A DNA stretch of 64,000 nucleotides from Patescibacteria group bacterium (GCA_041649155.1 JBAZNP010000001.1:673183-737182); one strand, 5' to 3'. Numbered from the stretch's first letter, positions 10,014-19,944 are shown. Program-made: numbers and translations. The notes: a model not told the origin generated them from the letters alone.

Positions 10014-10688
10014 ATGACAAAAGATAAGACAAAAGAAACTGATGTTACTCAACCAGAAGTTGGGAATACAGAGTCTGAAAAAAACGAAAAAATTGAAAAC
10101 GAAGTTGCCGCTGAGGCCGTTCCAGCTTCTCCAAAGAAGAAACTTCTTACTTTAAAGCAGTCAGGTGAAAGAAACTGGTACGTTATACATACTTATGCCG
10201 GCTATGAAGAGCAAGTTGCTGATTCTTTGAAACAAAGAATTGAATCTTTGAGTATGCAGGACAAAATTTTCGATGTAATTGTCCCTAAAGAAAAACAAAT
10301 TGAAATAAAAAATGGTAAGAGAACCACTATCGAGAAAAGAATTTTTCCTGGATATGTTTTGGTTGATATGATCGTTACGGATGATTCTTGGTATGTTGTT
10401 CGAAATACACCTAATGTAACAGGCTTCATTGGCTTTGGCGTGAGGCCAACTCCAATGTCTAAGGAAGAAATCGATAGAATTAAAAAACGCATGGGTGTTG
10501 AAGAACCTAAGTTCAAAGTTGACTTTAAAGAAGGTGACCTAGTGAAAATAACAGACGGTGCTTTGAAAGGTTTTGAAGGAAAAATCGAAGAAGTTGATCA
10601 AGATAAAGGTAAGGTAAAGGTTCTTGTGAATATGTTTGGTAGAGAAACACCTGTAACACTAGATTTCTTACAAGCAAAGAAAGTATAA
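10014..10688 (+). CDS. nusG: transcription termination/antitermination factor NusG, with N-terminal extension
   Basis: WYVIHTYAGYEEQV (NGN domain), FPGYVLVDM, and KOW motif GDLVKITDGALKGFEGKIEEV. Confidence 0.9.
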   Translation: MTKDKTKETDVTQPEVGNTESEKNEKIENEVAAEAVPASPKKKLLTLKQSGERNWYVIHTYAGYEEQVADSLKQRIESLSMQDKIFDVIVPKEKQIEIKNGKRTTIEKRIFPGYVLVDMIVTDDSWYVVRNTPNVTGFIGFGVRPTPMSKEEIDRIKKRMGVEEPKFKVDFKEGDLVKITDGALKGFEGKIEEVDQDKGKVKVLVNMFGRETPVTLDFLQAKKV

Positions 10689-10737
10689 CATTAATACAAG
10701 TTACAAATATACAAATTATTACAAATAAGGAAACGTT

Positions 10738-11163
10738 ATGGCTAAACCGATAAAAACAATTATTAAACTTCAATGTGCTGCAGGCAAGGCTAACCCAGCA
10801 CCACCTGTTGGACCTGCTTTGGGTCAACATGGTGTAAATATTATGGAATTTTGCCAATCTTTTAATGAGCAAACAAGAGATAAAGGCGATACAATAATTC
10901 CTGTTGAAATTACTGTTTATGAAGACAGAACTTTTAGCTTTATTTTAAAAACTCCTCCGGCTGCTGTTTTAATTAAAAAAGCTTTAGGGCTAAAATCTGC
11001 TTCTGATAATTCCAAGAAAAACAAAGTTGGAAAATTAACTCAAGCCCAACTAGAGGAAATTGCAACTACTAAATTACCTGATTTAAATGCAAATGACGTT
11101 GAAGCCGCCAAGAAAGTGATCGCAGGTACTGCACGTAGTATGGGTGTTGAAATAGAAAAATGA
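10738..11163 (+). CDS. rplK: 50S ribosomal protein L11
   Basis: [39 protein letters not shown] is near-identical to the uL11 consensus. Confidence 0.95.
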   Translation: MAKPIKTIIKLQCAAGKANPAPPVGPALGQHGVNIMEFCQSFNEQTRDKGDTIIPVEITVYEDRTFSFILKTPPAAVLIKKALGLKSASDNSKKNKVGKLTQAQLEEIATTKLPDLNANDVEAAKKVIAGTARSMGVEIEK

Positions 11164-11171
11164 CACGTAGT

Positions 11172-11211
11172 GTCATCCTGAGCGAATCGCTAAGCGATGA
11201 GTCGAAGGATC
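11172..11211. repeat. short member of the palindromic element family (E4)
   Basis: gtcatcctgagcgaatcgctaagcgatgagtcgaaggatc. Its reverse complement resembles E5 (gatccctcgacttcgctcgggatgac). Confidence 0.5.
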
Positions 11212-11230
11212 TAAAATAACTTTATATATA

Positions 11231-11257
11231 AAAAAATTCCTTGATAGGAATTTTTTT
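11231..11257 (+). terminator. Rho-independent terminator after rplK
   Basis: aaaaaattccttgataggaattttttt: perfect hairpin with flanking A-run and T-run. Confidence 0.7.
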
Positions 11258-11344
11258 GTTTGTGATGAATACGCTATCCACGGAGGCAAAAACCAAAGGA
11301 GGGGCAAAGGTTTTTTCGCAGATAGCATGCTCATCACAAAGCTC

Positions 11345-11374
11345 TTACTAAATCATACTATTTTATGCTATAAT
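11345..11374 (+). promoter_or_regulatory. sigma70-like promoter with extended -10 (tgcTATAAT) upstream of mfd
   Basis: ttacta, an 18-nt spacer, then tgctataat, about 20 nt before the ATG. Confidence 0.4.
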
Positions 11375-11393
11375 TTGTCAATAAAAAACTAAG

Positions 11394-13262
11394 ATGAGTA
11401 ATACAAATTTAAAAATTTCCATTGGGAGTCATAAAAAGATTTCCGATACAATAAAAATCCTGACTGAACTTGGATATATTCGTGAAGTGGTTCCAAACGA
11501 TCCTGGTACCTTTTCTGTTTCAGGCGGCAACCTGTCGATACATGCTGCCAACCATACAAATATTTTTATGGTTGAGTTTTTCGGTGATGAGATAGATCGA
11601 ATATTTGATTATGACAATGCAAGCAACAAGATACTAAAAAAGTATGAAGAAATCATAGTTTGCTCAAATTTCTTAGAGCTGGAAAATAACGTTAGAGTTT
11701 CGCCGGATGATTATGTCGTTCATGAAGATCATGGAATCGGAAGATTTTCATCAATTGAAACAAAAAATATAAATGGCGAAGATACTAAATATATATTAAT
11801 TGAATATTTGAATGGAGATGTACTTAACTTGCCATATGAATTTAAGAATAAATTATCTTCATATGTAGGAGTCGGCAGAAAAAAACCAAAATTAAGTAAA
11901 CTTGGCAGTGCAACTTGGCAAAGAACATATAAGAAAACGTATGAAAATATATTACTTTTAGCTAAGGAACTATTAAACATTTATGCCAAGCGAGAATTAA
12001 TAAATAGAGAAAAGTGGAAGATTAATAAAGACTGGAAAAAGGAAATTGAGAATACTTTTGGATATAGAGAAACGGAAGATCAGAAAAAAGCTTTGGATGA
12101 TATTTTTATTGATTTAGAAGGAGATAAGCCAATTGATCGTTTAGTTTGCGGTGATGTTGGATACGGAAAAACTGAAATTGCCATAAGAACCATAGCTCAA
12201 GCAGTCGCCAATGGCTATCAAGTTGCCATGCTTGTTCCGACTACAATTCTAGCTGAGCAGCATTATATAACTCTGAAAAACCGTTTTTGTAATCTACCAG
12301 TTTCAATAGAGCACCTGAGCCGTTTTATAAAAACTGAAGAGGAAAAAAAGATTTTAAATTCTTTAAAGAATGGCACAACGGATATAATTATAGGTACTCA
12401 TCGGTTATTTGGTGCAGATATTAAATTTAAGGAACTTGGCCTTCTGGTGATTGACGAAGAGCAAAAATTTGGCGTAAAGCATAAAGAAAAGTTGAAAAAG
12501 CTAAAACTCAATCTTAATATTTTATCTCTAACAGCGACACCAATTCCGCGCACTCTTTTCATGTCCTTGTCCGGCTTAAGGGATATTTCGCAAATTAGTT
12601 CTCCGCCTGCCGGAAGGCAAGAGGTTGGCACTAAGGTGGTTGTGTATAATGAAGAAGATATCATGAAATATGTGAATAGAGAAGTGGAGCGAAAAGGTCA
12701 GATTTACTATTTGCATAATGAAGTGAGAACGATTGAACCCAAGCGAAAAATATTACAAAAACTTTTTCCAAAGTTAAATATTGGCGTGGCACATGGGCAA
12801 ATGGGAGAGGTAGCGTTGGCAAAAGTTATGACAGACTTTGCTGAGAAAAAAATTGATTTGCTCGTTTGTTCTACGATTATCGAAAACGGTCTGGATTTGC
12901 CAAATGTTAATACGCTTATTGCCGACGACTCTGATAAGTTTGGTCTTTCCCAGCTTTATCAGATTAGGGGTAGAATTGGCCGAAGCAAAAAGAAAGCTTA
13001 CGCGCTATTCACTTTTCGGGACAAGAAAATTATCACAACCAATGCATACAAGCGTTTGAAGGCGATAGTTGAAAACACAAGATTAGGATCGGGCTATAGT
13101 ATCGCTTTGTCGGATTTAGAAATCCGTGGTGGAGGGAATATTCTAGGGAAAGAACAGCACGGCAATATGGAAGCAGTCGGTCTAGTTCTCTACACTAAGC
13201 TTTTAAATAAAGCGGTAGAAAACCTAAGAAAGAAGCAATCTAATAACAAAGTCATTAGATAA
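11394..13262 (+). CDS. mfd: transcription-repair coupling factor, short form lacking the UvrB-homology N-terminal domains
   Basis: RNAP-interacting motif DYVVHEDHGIGRF, helicase motifs GDVGYGKTE, LLVIDEEQKFG and QIRGRIGRS, and TRCF motif DLEIRGGGNILGKEQHG. Only 622 aa against about 1150 for full-length Mfd. Confidence 0.8.
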   Translation: MSNTNLKISIGSHKKISDTIKILTELGYIREVVPNDPGTFSVSGGNLSIHAANHTNIFMVEFFGDEIDRIFDYDNASNKILKKYEEIIVCSNFLELENNVRVSPDDYVVHEDHGIGRFSSIETKNINGEDTKYILIEYLNGDVLNLPYEFKNKLSSYVGVGRKKPKLSKLGSATWQRTYKKTYENILLLAKELLNIYAKRELINREKWKINKDWKKEIENTFGYRETEDQKKALDDIFIDLEGDKPIDRLVCGDVGYGKTEIAIRTIAQAVANGYQVAMLVPTTILAEQHYITLKNRFCNLPVSIEHLSRFIKTEEEKKILNSLKNGTTDIIIGTHRLFGADIKFKELGLLVIDEEQKFGVKHKEKLKKLKLNLNILSLTATPIPRTLFMSLSGLRDISQISSPPAGRQEVGTKVVVYNEEDIMKYVNREVERKGQIYYLHNEVRTIEPKRKILQKLFPKLNIGVAHGQMGEVALAKVMTDFAEKKIDLLVCSTIIENGLDLPNVNTLIADDSDKFGLSQLYQIRGRIGRSKKKAYALFTFRDKKIITTNAYKRLKAIVENTRLGSGYSIALSDLEIRGGGNILGKEQHGNMEAVGLVLYTKLLNKAVENLRKKQSNNKVIR

Positions 13263-13324
13263 ATTCTAGTTAAATTCTAGTCAAGTCATTTGGTCCTTAA
13301 GGTGCTCACGTCTATATTTTTTCC

Positions 13325-13363
13325 CGTTGTGGCAAATATCGTCGATCGTGAGTTTTCAGCATA
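13325..13363. repeat. 40-nt conserved hairpin repeat R1 (core AAATATCGTCGATCGTGAGTTTTCAGCATAA)
   Basis: One of three near-identical copies (13325, 13953, 22752). The 24-nt core is identical and is flanked by the imperfect inverted repeat gttatgg.../...agcataa. Confidence 0.6.
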
Positions 13364-13388
13364 ATAAAAATTAACATATAATATAAAT

Positions 13389-13952
13389 ATGAGCAGTGAG
13401 ATAAAAAGACAAATTCAGCAACAAAAGGTTGGCAAGGTAGCTAAAACTGTTATGGAAGGTTTTCTAGAGGGAGTTTATTTTGCTATGGAAACCCTAGGGA
13501 GATTAAATGTTAATAGATATAGCATATATGGTTCTTTAAGAAAAGGAGCTTTTTCTGATTGGAGTGATACACAGCTTTCAATAAAAATAAAAGATGCAGT
13601 TAGAACAGGCTATTTAAAAATTGATTCAAATAATTCTATCGAGTTTACCGATAAAGCCAAGTTGCGAATAGTGGATGTTGTTACTTCTAATAATCTAAAG
13701 GATGGTAAGAATCGTTTTATTTCGTTTGATATTCCTGAAGAAAAAAGGTCTCAGAGAGACGGTTTTAGAAGAACTATTAAAAAAATGGGGTTTAGACAGA
13801 TACAAAAAAGTCTTTGGGTTTGCGACAGGAATATTGGTGATTTTATTGAGATTGCGAAAAAAGAATATGATGTTGAGAAATACGTCGCATACATTGTTTC
13901 GGAAAAATCAGACATCGATGATCACATCAAAACTATTATGAGTATGCGTTAG
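13389..13952 (+). CDS. hypothetical protein with C-terminal Cas2-like/VapD-like motif and a putative N-terminal winged-helix region
   Basis: C-terminal half FISFDIPEEKRSQRDGFRRTIKKMGFRQIQKSLWVC follows the Cas2 pattern (YDIsdd..rR..v.k.l..yG.RvQ.SVFeC). No CRISPR array is present in the window. TATAAT lies 8-13 nt upstream of the ATG (leaderless-type start). Confidence 0.4.
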   Translation: MSSEIKRQIQQQKVGKVAKTVMEGFLEGVYFAMETLGRLNVNRYSIYGSLRKGAFSDWSDTQLSIKIKDAVRTGYLKIDSNNSIEFTDKAKLRIVDVVTSNNLKDGKNRFISFDIPEEKRSQRDGFRRTIKKMGFRQIQKSLWVCDRNIGDFIEIAKKEYDVEKYVAYIVSEKSDIDDHIKTIMSMR

Positions 13953-13993
13953 TGTTATGGCAAATATCGTCGATCGTGAGTTTTTAGCACAAT
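13953..13993. repeat. hairpin repeat R2
   Basis: gttatggcaaatatcgtcgatcgtgagtttttagcacaat, starting 1 nt after the stop codon of the Cas2-like ORF. Confidence 0.6.
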
Positions 13994-14143
13994 GATAAGT
14001 GGAAGATGTGTTGCGCGTAAAGAGTGTCTTTGGTGGCGGTGTCTTTGTTTTTATTGTTGTGAAATAATGGATCTGGTATACTGAAAACAAGCTGATAATC
14101 ATTATCACTTATTATTTATTGATCTCTAAGAGGAGGGAGTGAT

Positions 14144-15349
14144 ATGGGTTTTTTAAAGAAGGAAATTAAATCAAGCACGGCTTGGATAATTATTGCTGCT
14201 GCAGTTGTTCTATTGTTTGGCGGGGCATTAAGCTGGGCCTATTATAATGAACCAAATGATTATGATTACTCAAATGGCGGAACTCTAACTCAACAAAAAA
14301 CAGAAGTTGACGAAACCGCTGATTGGAAAACTTATACAAATGATACATATGGGTTTAGCTTTAAATATCCGAAAGATTGGGAAAATACAAAGACAGAAGC
14401 AACTTCAGAGCCAGCTTTGGGCGACCTAGCAACAGATTTGGTTTTCAAAGTAAAATTTTATGATCTATTAAATCAAAAACAGATTGATTGTGCAAACAAT
14501 GAACTTCAAAACTGGACCAGTAAAACACCAACAAAAACAGAATGCGAACCTATTCTGAGCGAGCTGACGAAAGTGCAAAAGGAAAATCTAACTGGCCCAA
14601 AATCTCCGCAGAATATTTATATTAGAATTTGGAAGAAGAATGACGCTGTAGCTTTGAAAGATTGGCTTTATAATAAATTCCATAAATCAAACACTGAACT
14701 TGAGAAATATCAGGTTGGCAAAGAAATTAACATTGCTAGTCTTAGTGGATACTATTCCTCAATTGGATGCTGCGCACAGTCAGATCGAAATTATGTAGTT
14801 GAAAAAAACGGTTATGTATACAGTCTAGGCACAAATTATTTTAAAGATAGTATAACTGATACAGAGATGCCTGCAATTTTTACTTTAATTAGTAAGACAT
14901 TAAAATTAACAACTCCAGCAAGCACTACTGCTGCTACCGTTTCTAACACCACAACTACCACTGCTGTTGCTTGGAAAACGTATGAAAATACTGATTATGG
15001 TTTTGGGTTGACTTTTACTGATGCGTGGGAAGGGTACAAGATGAAAGCTGTCGATTTAGAGGGGACTGTCAAAACATTTTATGTGAATGTTCCGACTTCT
15101 GATCCGCTTTATGTCTCCGAGACGAGTACGGCTTATGCCGGTTACGCTGCCCCTTTTGCTATAAGTGTGATCGAAAAATCAAAATGGCAGGACGATGAAT
15201 TATTTGCCAGAGATTTTGGTTCTAAAGTTGGGGAAAAGGGTGATTATGTTTTTACATCAAGCCAAGGGCAAGCTTGTGCAACCGACTTATGTGGCGGCGA
15301 CATTATGAGCTCTGTAAAAACCGTAATGGATTCATTCACCGTTTTGTAA
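14144..15349 (+). CDS. hypothetical membrane-anchored/secreted protein with an internally duplicated domain and a Thr-rich linker
   Basis: N-terminal TM STAWIIIAAAVVLLFGGALSWAYY. Two copies of a W-K-T-Y-x-N-x-x-Y-G-F...DWE module separated by TTPASTTAATVSNTTTTTA. Confidence 0.45.
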   Translation: MGFLKKEIKSSTAWIIIAAAVVLLFGGALSWAYYNEPNDYDYSNGGTLTQQKTEVDETADWKTYTNDTYGFSFKYPKDWENTKTEATSEPALGDLATDLVFKVKFYDLLNQKQIDCANNELQNWTSKTPTKTECEPILSELTKVQKENLTGPKSPQNIYIRIWKKNDAVALKDWLYNKFHKSNTELEKYQVGKEINIASLSGYYSSIGCCAQSDRNYVVEKNGYVYSLGTNYFKDSITDTEMPAIFTLISKTLKLTTPASTTAATVSNTTTTTAVAWKTYENTDYGFGLTFTDAWEGYKMKAVDLEGTVKTFYVNVPTSDPLYVSETSTAYAGYAAPFAISVIEKSKWQDDELFARDFGSKVGEKGDYVFTSSQGQACATDLCGGDIMSSVKTVMDSFTVL

Positions 15350-15353
15350 TTTA

Positions 15354-16430
15354 ATGTCTCAATACCTACTTGCACTAAATGCACATGAGAAAATTGGGAG
15401 TCAGACTATCAAAAAAGCTCTGGCTCCTTTTGGTGATAATGCTGAAAAATTGTGGAAAGTAGGGGATAGTGAAATTAGAAAAAAGTTGGATAGTCGGATT
15501 GCAGAATTAATTATTGAAGCGAAAAACCAATTTGATCCTTTGGCTGAAATTAAAAAATTACAAAAACTCAATATTGGTTATATGACAATGTATGATAAAG
15601 AATATCCGAAACTTTTAGCAGAAACGTCGGATGGGCCAGTCGTCTTATATATTCGGGGAGACATTAACGCCTTAAAAGTTCCAAGTATTGGCGTTGTTGG
15701 TAGTCGGAAATTTACCCACTATGGGCAAAAAGTCGCCTATCAATTATCCAAATCTTGTAGTGAGGCCGGTTTGAGTATCGTGTCAGGACTTGCCCTTGGG
15801 ATTGACACAGTGGCTCACAGGGCTGCGCTTGATGTTGGCGGGATTACGGTTGGGGTTTTGGGTTGTGGGCTGGATCGGATTTATCCTGCCAGTAATTTAA
15901 TGCTTGGCAAAGAAATAATCGAAAAAGGCGGGGCGGTTGTTTCGGAATTTCCGCCCGGAACTCCGCCGTTAAAATATAATTTTCCTGCTCGTAATCGAAT
16001 TATTGCCGGATTAACATTGGGTACACTTGTGATTGAAGCGGCCGAACAATCTGGAGCTTTGATAACGGCTTATCAGGCCTTGGAGTATAACCGTGAAGTT
16101 TTTGCTGTACCCGGCAACATTGACTCTGAAACCTCAAAAGGTACAAATTTACTAATTCAAAAAGGAGCAAAAACGGTAACTAAGCCGGAAGATATTTTAG
16201 AGGAATTTAATATTGAGGCGAGAAAAATTGAACAGAAAAATAGGGATTTATTGCCGGAAAATGTCAATGAAAAATTGATTTTTAATATCTTATCTTCGGG
16301 AGAAAAATTGGTCGATATCATTGTGTCTGAAAGTAAGTTAAACATCATAACTGTTAATACTTGTCTGACAATGATGGAGATGAAAGGAATAATCGAAAAT
16401 ATTGGGGGTGGTCGTTATAAATTGCGATGA
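15354..16430 (+). CDS. dprA: DNA processing protein DprA (Smf)
   Basis: GVVGSRKFTHYGQKVA...IVSGLALGIDTVAHRAAL...FPARNRIIAGL: Rossmann-like DprA core motifs. Confidence 0.9.
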   Translation: MSQYLLALNAHEKIGSQTIKKALAPFGDNAEKLWKVGDSEIRKKLDSRIAELIIEAKNQFDPLAEIKKLQKLNIGYMTMYDKEYPKLLAETSDGPVVLYIRGDINALKVPSIGVVGSRKFTHYGQKVAYQLSKSCSEAGLSIVSGLALGIDTVAHRAALDVGGITVGVLGCGLDRIYPASNLMLGKEIIEKGGAVVSEFPPGTPPLKYNFPARNRIIAGLTLGTLVIEAAEQSGALITAYQALEYNREVFAVPGNIDSETSKGTNLLIQKGAKTVTKPEDILEEFNIEARKIEQKNRDLLPENVNEKLIFNILSSGEKLVDIIVSESKLNIITVNTCLTMMEMKGIIENIGGGRYKLR

Positions 16431-16514
16431 TTTAATGCAGAGACGATTTGATTTTTGATTTTCGATATTATATGGTAGGATTTTAATGTTTAAAACAAAA
16501 ATATATAACAGAAA

Positions 16515-16543
16515 GATCCCTCGACTTCGCTCGGGATGACAAG
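16515..16543. repeat. short palindromic element E5
   Basis: gatccctcgacttcgctcgggatgacaag, 22 nt upstream of the topA ATG. Confidence 0.5.
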
Positions 16544-16564
16544 GGGGAGAAGAAAAGGACAAAA

Positions 16565-18745
16565 ATGAATCTTGTAATCGTTGAGTCGCCGGCAAAGGCA
16601 AAAACAATTGAAAAGTATTTGGGCAAAGATTTTAAAGTTTTGGCCTCTTTTGGTCATGTTCGAGATTTGCCACAAAAAAAATTGGGCGTAGATGTTAAAA
16701 AAGATTTTTTGCCGGAATATGAAATTCCAGCTAAAGCAAAAAAGATTATTTCTGAAATCAAGAAAGCTGAGAAGGGCGCCAAAATTCTATATCTCGCAAC
16801 TGACTTGGATCGGGAAGGCGAGGCTATCTCCTGGCATATCCTAAAAGCCTTAAATATTAAGGAAAATGATCAGAACGTTAAAAGAATTGTTTTTAATGAA
16901 ATAACTAAGTCAGCATTGGAAAACGCGGTAAAAAATCCACGTGGTCTTGATATGAATTTAGTTGATGCGCAGCAGGCAAGACGAGTTTTGGATCGGCTGG
17001 TTGGTTATAAGCTTTCTCCATTACTGTGGAGAAAAGTAAAATCTGGCTTGTCGGCAGGTAGGGTTCAATCTGTCGCAGTGCGGCTGGTTGTTGAAAGAGA
17101 AAGAGAGATCGAAGCTTTCAAACCGGAAGAATTCTGGCTTTTGGGCGCAAATTTGTCAAAATTACAAGATGACAAGTTGTTCAAATCATTTTTAACAGAG
17201 ATTGACGGAAAACCGGTTAAAAAATTTGATATAAATAGTAAGGAACTCGCGGATCAAGTAGAAAAAGGTTTGACGGGTGCTGATTACAAAGTATTAAATA
17301 TTTCCAAAAAAGAATCAACGAGAAAGCCATCTGCTCCGTTTACAACTTCTACTTTGCAGATGGAAGCTTCAAGAAAGTTGGGGTATTCAGCAAAACAAAC
17401 AATGATGTTGGCTCAAAAGCTGTATGAAGCGGGACGCATTACCTACATGAGAACTGACTCAACTAATCTTTCTGAAGAGGCGGTTGGTGCAATCAGAAAA
17501 ACCATTAAGAACGAATTTGGCGATAAATATTTACCGGAAGGTGCGCAGAAATATCAAACGAAAACAAAACGCGCTCAAGAGGCTCATGAGGCAATCAGAC
17601 CGTCTCATATTGACCGTAAAGATGCTTCTGAAGATGCTAGAGAGCAAAAACTCTATGAAATGATCTGGAAACGAACCGTGGCATCTCAAATGAAAGAAGC
17701 AATATTTGATATCACTACAGTTTCAATTGAGGCAAATGCCAAACAAAAATTTTTGTTTGTGGCAAAAGGAGAAGGTCTTCGGTTTGATGGTTTTATAAGA
17801 GCATATGTTGAAAGCCAGGATGAAGAAACGGATGAAATTGAAAACAACATTCCAGCTCTTAAAGTTGGTGAAGTATTACAATTTCATAACTTAATTAAAG
17901 AACAAAAATTTACTGAACCGCCAAAGAGATATTCAGAAGCAATGCTGGTTAAAAAACTAGAATCTCTTGGAATTGGGCGTCCATCAACCTATGCTCCAAC
18001 CCTAGCAACAATTCAAGACAGGGGATATGTCGAACTGACTGATAAGAGATTTTTTCCGACAGATATTGCTAAAATTGTAAATGACCTTTTGGTCAAGCAT
18101 TTCTCTAATATTGTTGATTATGAATTTACAGCAAAAATGGAAGATCAGTTTGATGATATTGCTGCAGGAGAGAAAAAATGGGTTCCGGTGATTGAAGAAT
18201 TTTATACGCCTTTTGCCAAAAATCTTTCTGAAAAATCAAAAGAAATTGAGAAGGACGATATTATTAAACCTGAAATGACAGATGAAAAATGTCCTGAATG
18301 CGGAAAACCACTTTTGATTAGACTTGGCCGATATGGTAAATTTATGGCTTGTTCTGGTTATCCGGAGTGTAAATTTTCCAAGCCTCTGGAAGAAAAAGGT
18401 GAGAGCGGGGAAGTGGCCAATAAAAAAGGCGAAATGGAATCAATAGCGGAGGCAACTGCGGAAAAATGTGAAAAATGCGGTGGAAAGATGGTTTTGAAAG
18501 AGGGAAGATTCGGAAAGTTTTTAGCATGCGAGAATTATCCGAAATGTAAAAATACAAAAACAGTTGTTCAATCTTCGGGAATTAAATGTCCGGAATGTGG
18601 AGAAGGGGAGTTAGTTCAGAAGAGGACTAAAAAAGGCAGAATGTTTTGGGGTTGCTCACGATATCCGGGTTGCAAGTATGCCAGTTGGAACGATCCGAAG
18701 CAGGAACGGACAGCGAACAAAACAGACGGCGAAAATGAAAATTAA
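16565..18745 (+). CDS. topA: DNA topoisomerase I with C-terminal zinc ribbons
   Basis: TOPRIM N-terminus MNLVIVESPAKAKTI, active-site region ITYMRTDS, and three CxxC...CxxC ribbons (CPECGKPL...CSGYPEC etc.). Confidence 0.95.
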   Translation: MNLVIVESPAKAKTIEKYLGKDFKVLASFGHVRDLPQKKLGVDVKKDFLPEYEIPAKAKKIISEIKKAEKGAKILYLATDLDREGEAISWHILKALNIKENDQNVKRIVFNEITKSALENAVKNPRGLDMNLVDAQQARRVLDRLVGYKLSPLLWRKVKSGLSAGRVQSVAVRLVVEREREIEAFKPEEFWLLGANLSKLQDDKLFKSFLTEIDGKPVKKFDINSKELADQVEKGLTGADYKVLNISKKESTRKPSAPFTTSTLQMEASRKLGYSAKQTMMLAQKLYEAGRITYMRTDSTNLSEEAVGAIRKTIKNEFGDKYLPEGAQKYQTKTKRAQEAHEAIRPSHIDRKDASEDAREQKLYEMIWKRTVASQMKEAIFDITTVSIEANAKQKFLFVAKGEGLRFDGFIRAYVESQDEETDEIENNIPALKVGEVLQFHNLIKEQKFTEPPKRYSEAMLVKKLESLGIGRPSTYAPTLATIQDRGYVELTDKRFFPTDIAKIVNDLLVKHFSNIVDYEFTAKMEDQFDDIAAGEKKWVPVIEEFYTPFAKNLSEKSKEIEKDDIIKPEMTDEKCPECGKPLLIRLGRYGKFMACSGYPECKFSKPLEEKGESGEVANKKGEMESIAEATAEKCEKCGGKMVLKEGRFGKFLACENYPKCKNTKTVVQSSGIKCPECGEGELVQKRTKKGRMFWGCSRYPGCKYASWNDPKQERTANKTDGENEN

Positions 18746-18799
18746 AGAACCGCCGGCCTACGAGATGTAGACAGGCGGTCAAAGGGTATTTTGTGCCAC

Positions 18800-18973
18800 T
18801 CACTTTAGTAGTGATGCGGCGATTGATGTGAGGAGCATTATGCCTCCAGTAGTGCTCCAGCAATATGCGGCATCTAAGAGAGCTTTGTTGTTGGTGAAAG
18901 TCCACAATGCGCAACCGCATATTCCCATAGCCAATCCGATCAAGAACGAAATCTTTGCTATATCTGAATACAT
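18800..18973 (-). CDS. candidate 57-aa small hydrophobic protein (below the ORF-track length cutoff)
   Basis: Minus strand: RBS aggggg, 6 nt, then ATG; translation MYSDIAKISFLIGLAMGICGCALWTFTNNKALLDAAYCWSTTGGIMLLTSIAASLLK. Lies in a locally GC-richer patch. Speculative. Confidence 0.25.
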   Translation of the reverse strand: MYSDIAKISFLIGLAMGICGCALWTFTNNKALLDAAYCWSTTGGIMLLTSIAASLLK

Positions 18974-19036
18974 ATTTAACCCCCTGGAACAGTCATAACG
19001 TTGTTAACTATACCATATAACTCAATAAAAGTCAAT

Positions 19037-19633
19037 ATGCTACCAAGAAGTGTTCAAAATTTAATTGATGAGTTTGCTAAACTTCCTGGTGTTGGGCCAA
19101 AAACTGCGGCAAGGCTGGTTTTTTATTTGCTTTCCAAACCAAAGCAGGACGTTTCTAACTTGGGAAATGCCGTTTCTGGATTGACTGAGAATTTAAGTTA
19201 TTGCAAAGAATGCTTCAATATTGCCGAATCGGAGTTGTGTCCAATTTGTTCAAGCGAAAAAAGAGATCACTCCATTATTGCTGTTGTGGAGGAACCGCTA
19301 GATGTCATTGCCCTAGAGAAGTCATTATTTTTTAGCGGGGTTTATCATGTTTTAGGTGGGTCTATTTCGCCGATCAATGGTATCGGCCCCGAGGATTTGA
19401 GAATTAATCAACTGATTGAAAGATTAGGCGGTGGTGTTCAGGAAATAATTTTGGCGACTAATCCTGATTTGGAAGGTGAAGCTACGGCATCGTACATAAA
19501 AGACAGGGTACATAATAGTTCTAGCGAAATAAAAATAACTAGAATTGCCAGAGGATTACCTGTCGGTGGCGATTTGGAATATGCCGATGAAGTTACTTTG
19601 AAGCGGTCTTTGGAGGGACGGCGGGAGTACTAG
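19037..19633 (+). CDS. recR: recombination protein RecR
   Basis: LIDEFAKLPGVGPKTAARL (HhH), C4 zinc finger CKECFNIAESELCPICS, and Toprim region. Start set at the ATG matching the RecR N-terminus. Confidence 0.9.
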   Translation: MLPRSVQNLIDEFAKLPGVGPKTAARLVFYLLSKPKQDVSNLGNAVSGLTENLSYCKECFNIAESELCPICSSEKRDHSIIAVVEEPLDVIALEKSLFFSGVYHVLGGSISPINGIGPEDLRINQLIERLGGGVQEIILATNPDLEGEATASYIKDRVHNSSSEIKITRIARGLPVGGDLEYADEVTLKRSLEGRREY

Positions 19634-19944
19634 AAATTACAATGTAATTGTAATTTCTAGATAACAGCTAACAGCTGAACAGATAACAGAAATTAGAAAA
19701 TAATTTTTATGAGTCTTTAAATAACTGTTATCTGTCTGTATTCTGTGATCTGTCAGTTGTCATAATTTGTCATAAAACATTTATAGGACTATATAATTTT
19801 GCCTAAATCTAAATTAGGTGGACAACTTTGTTGACACGAAAAATATTTTATCGATAAAATCCAGTAAGTATCAGCCAAAGGCTGATCGGCCTCTGGCCGA
19901 AAATATAAAAATTAATCGCTGTAAGCGAAAAAAACGAGGGTTAC

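Noticed and set aside
18627-18920. 97-aa minus-strand ORF after topA
   Set aside because: No RBS, and its start overlaps the topA 3' end. A different 57-aa frame with an RBS is the better, though still weak, candidate.
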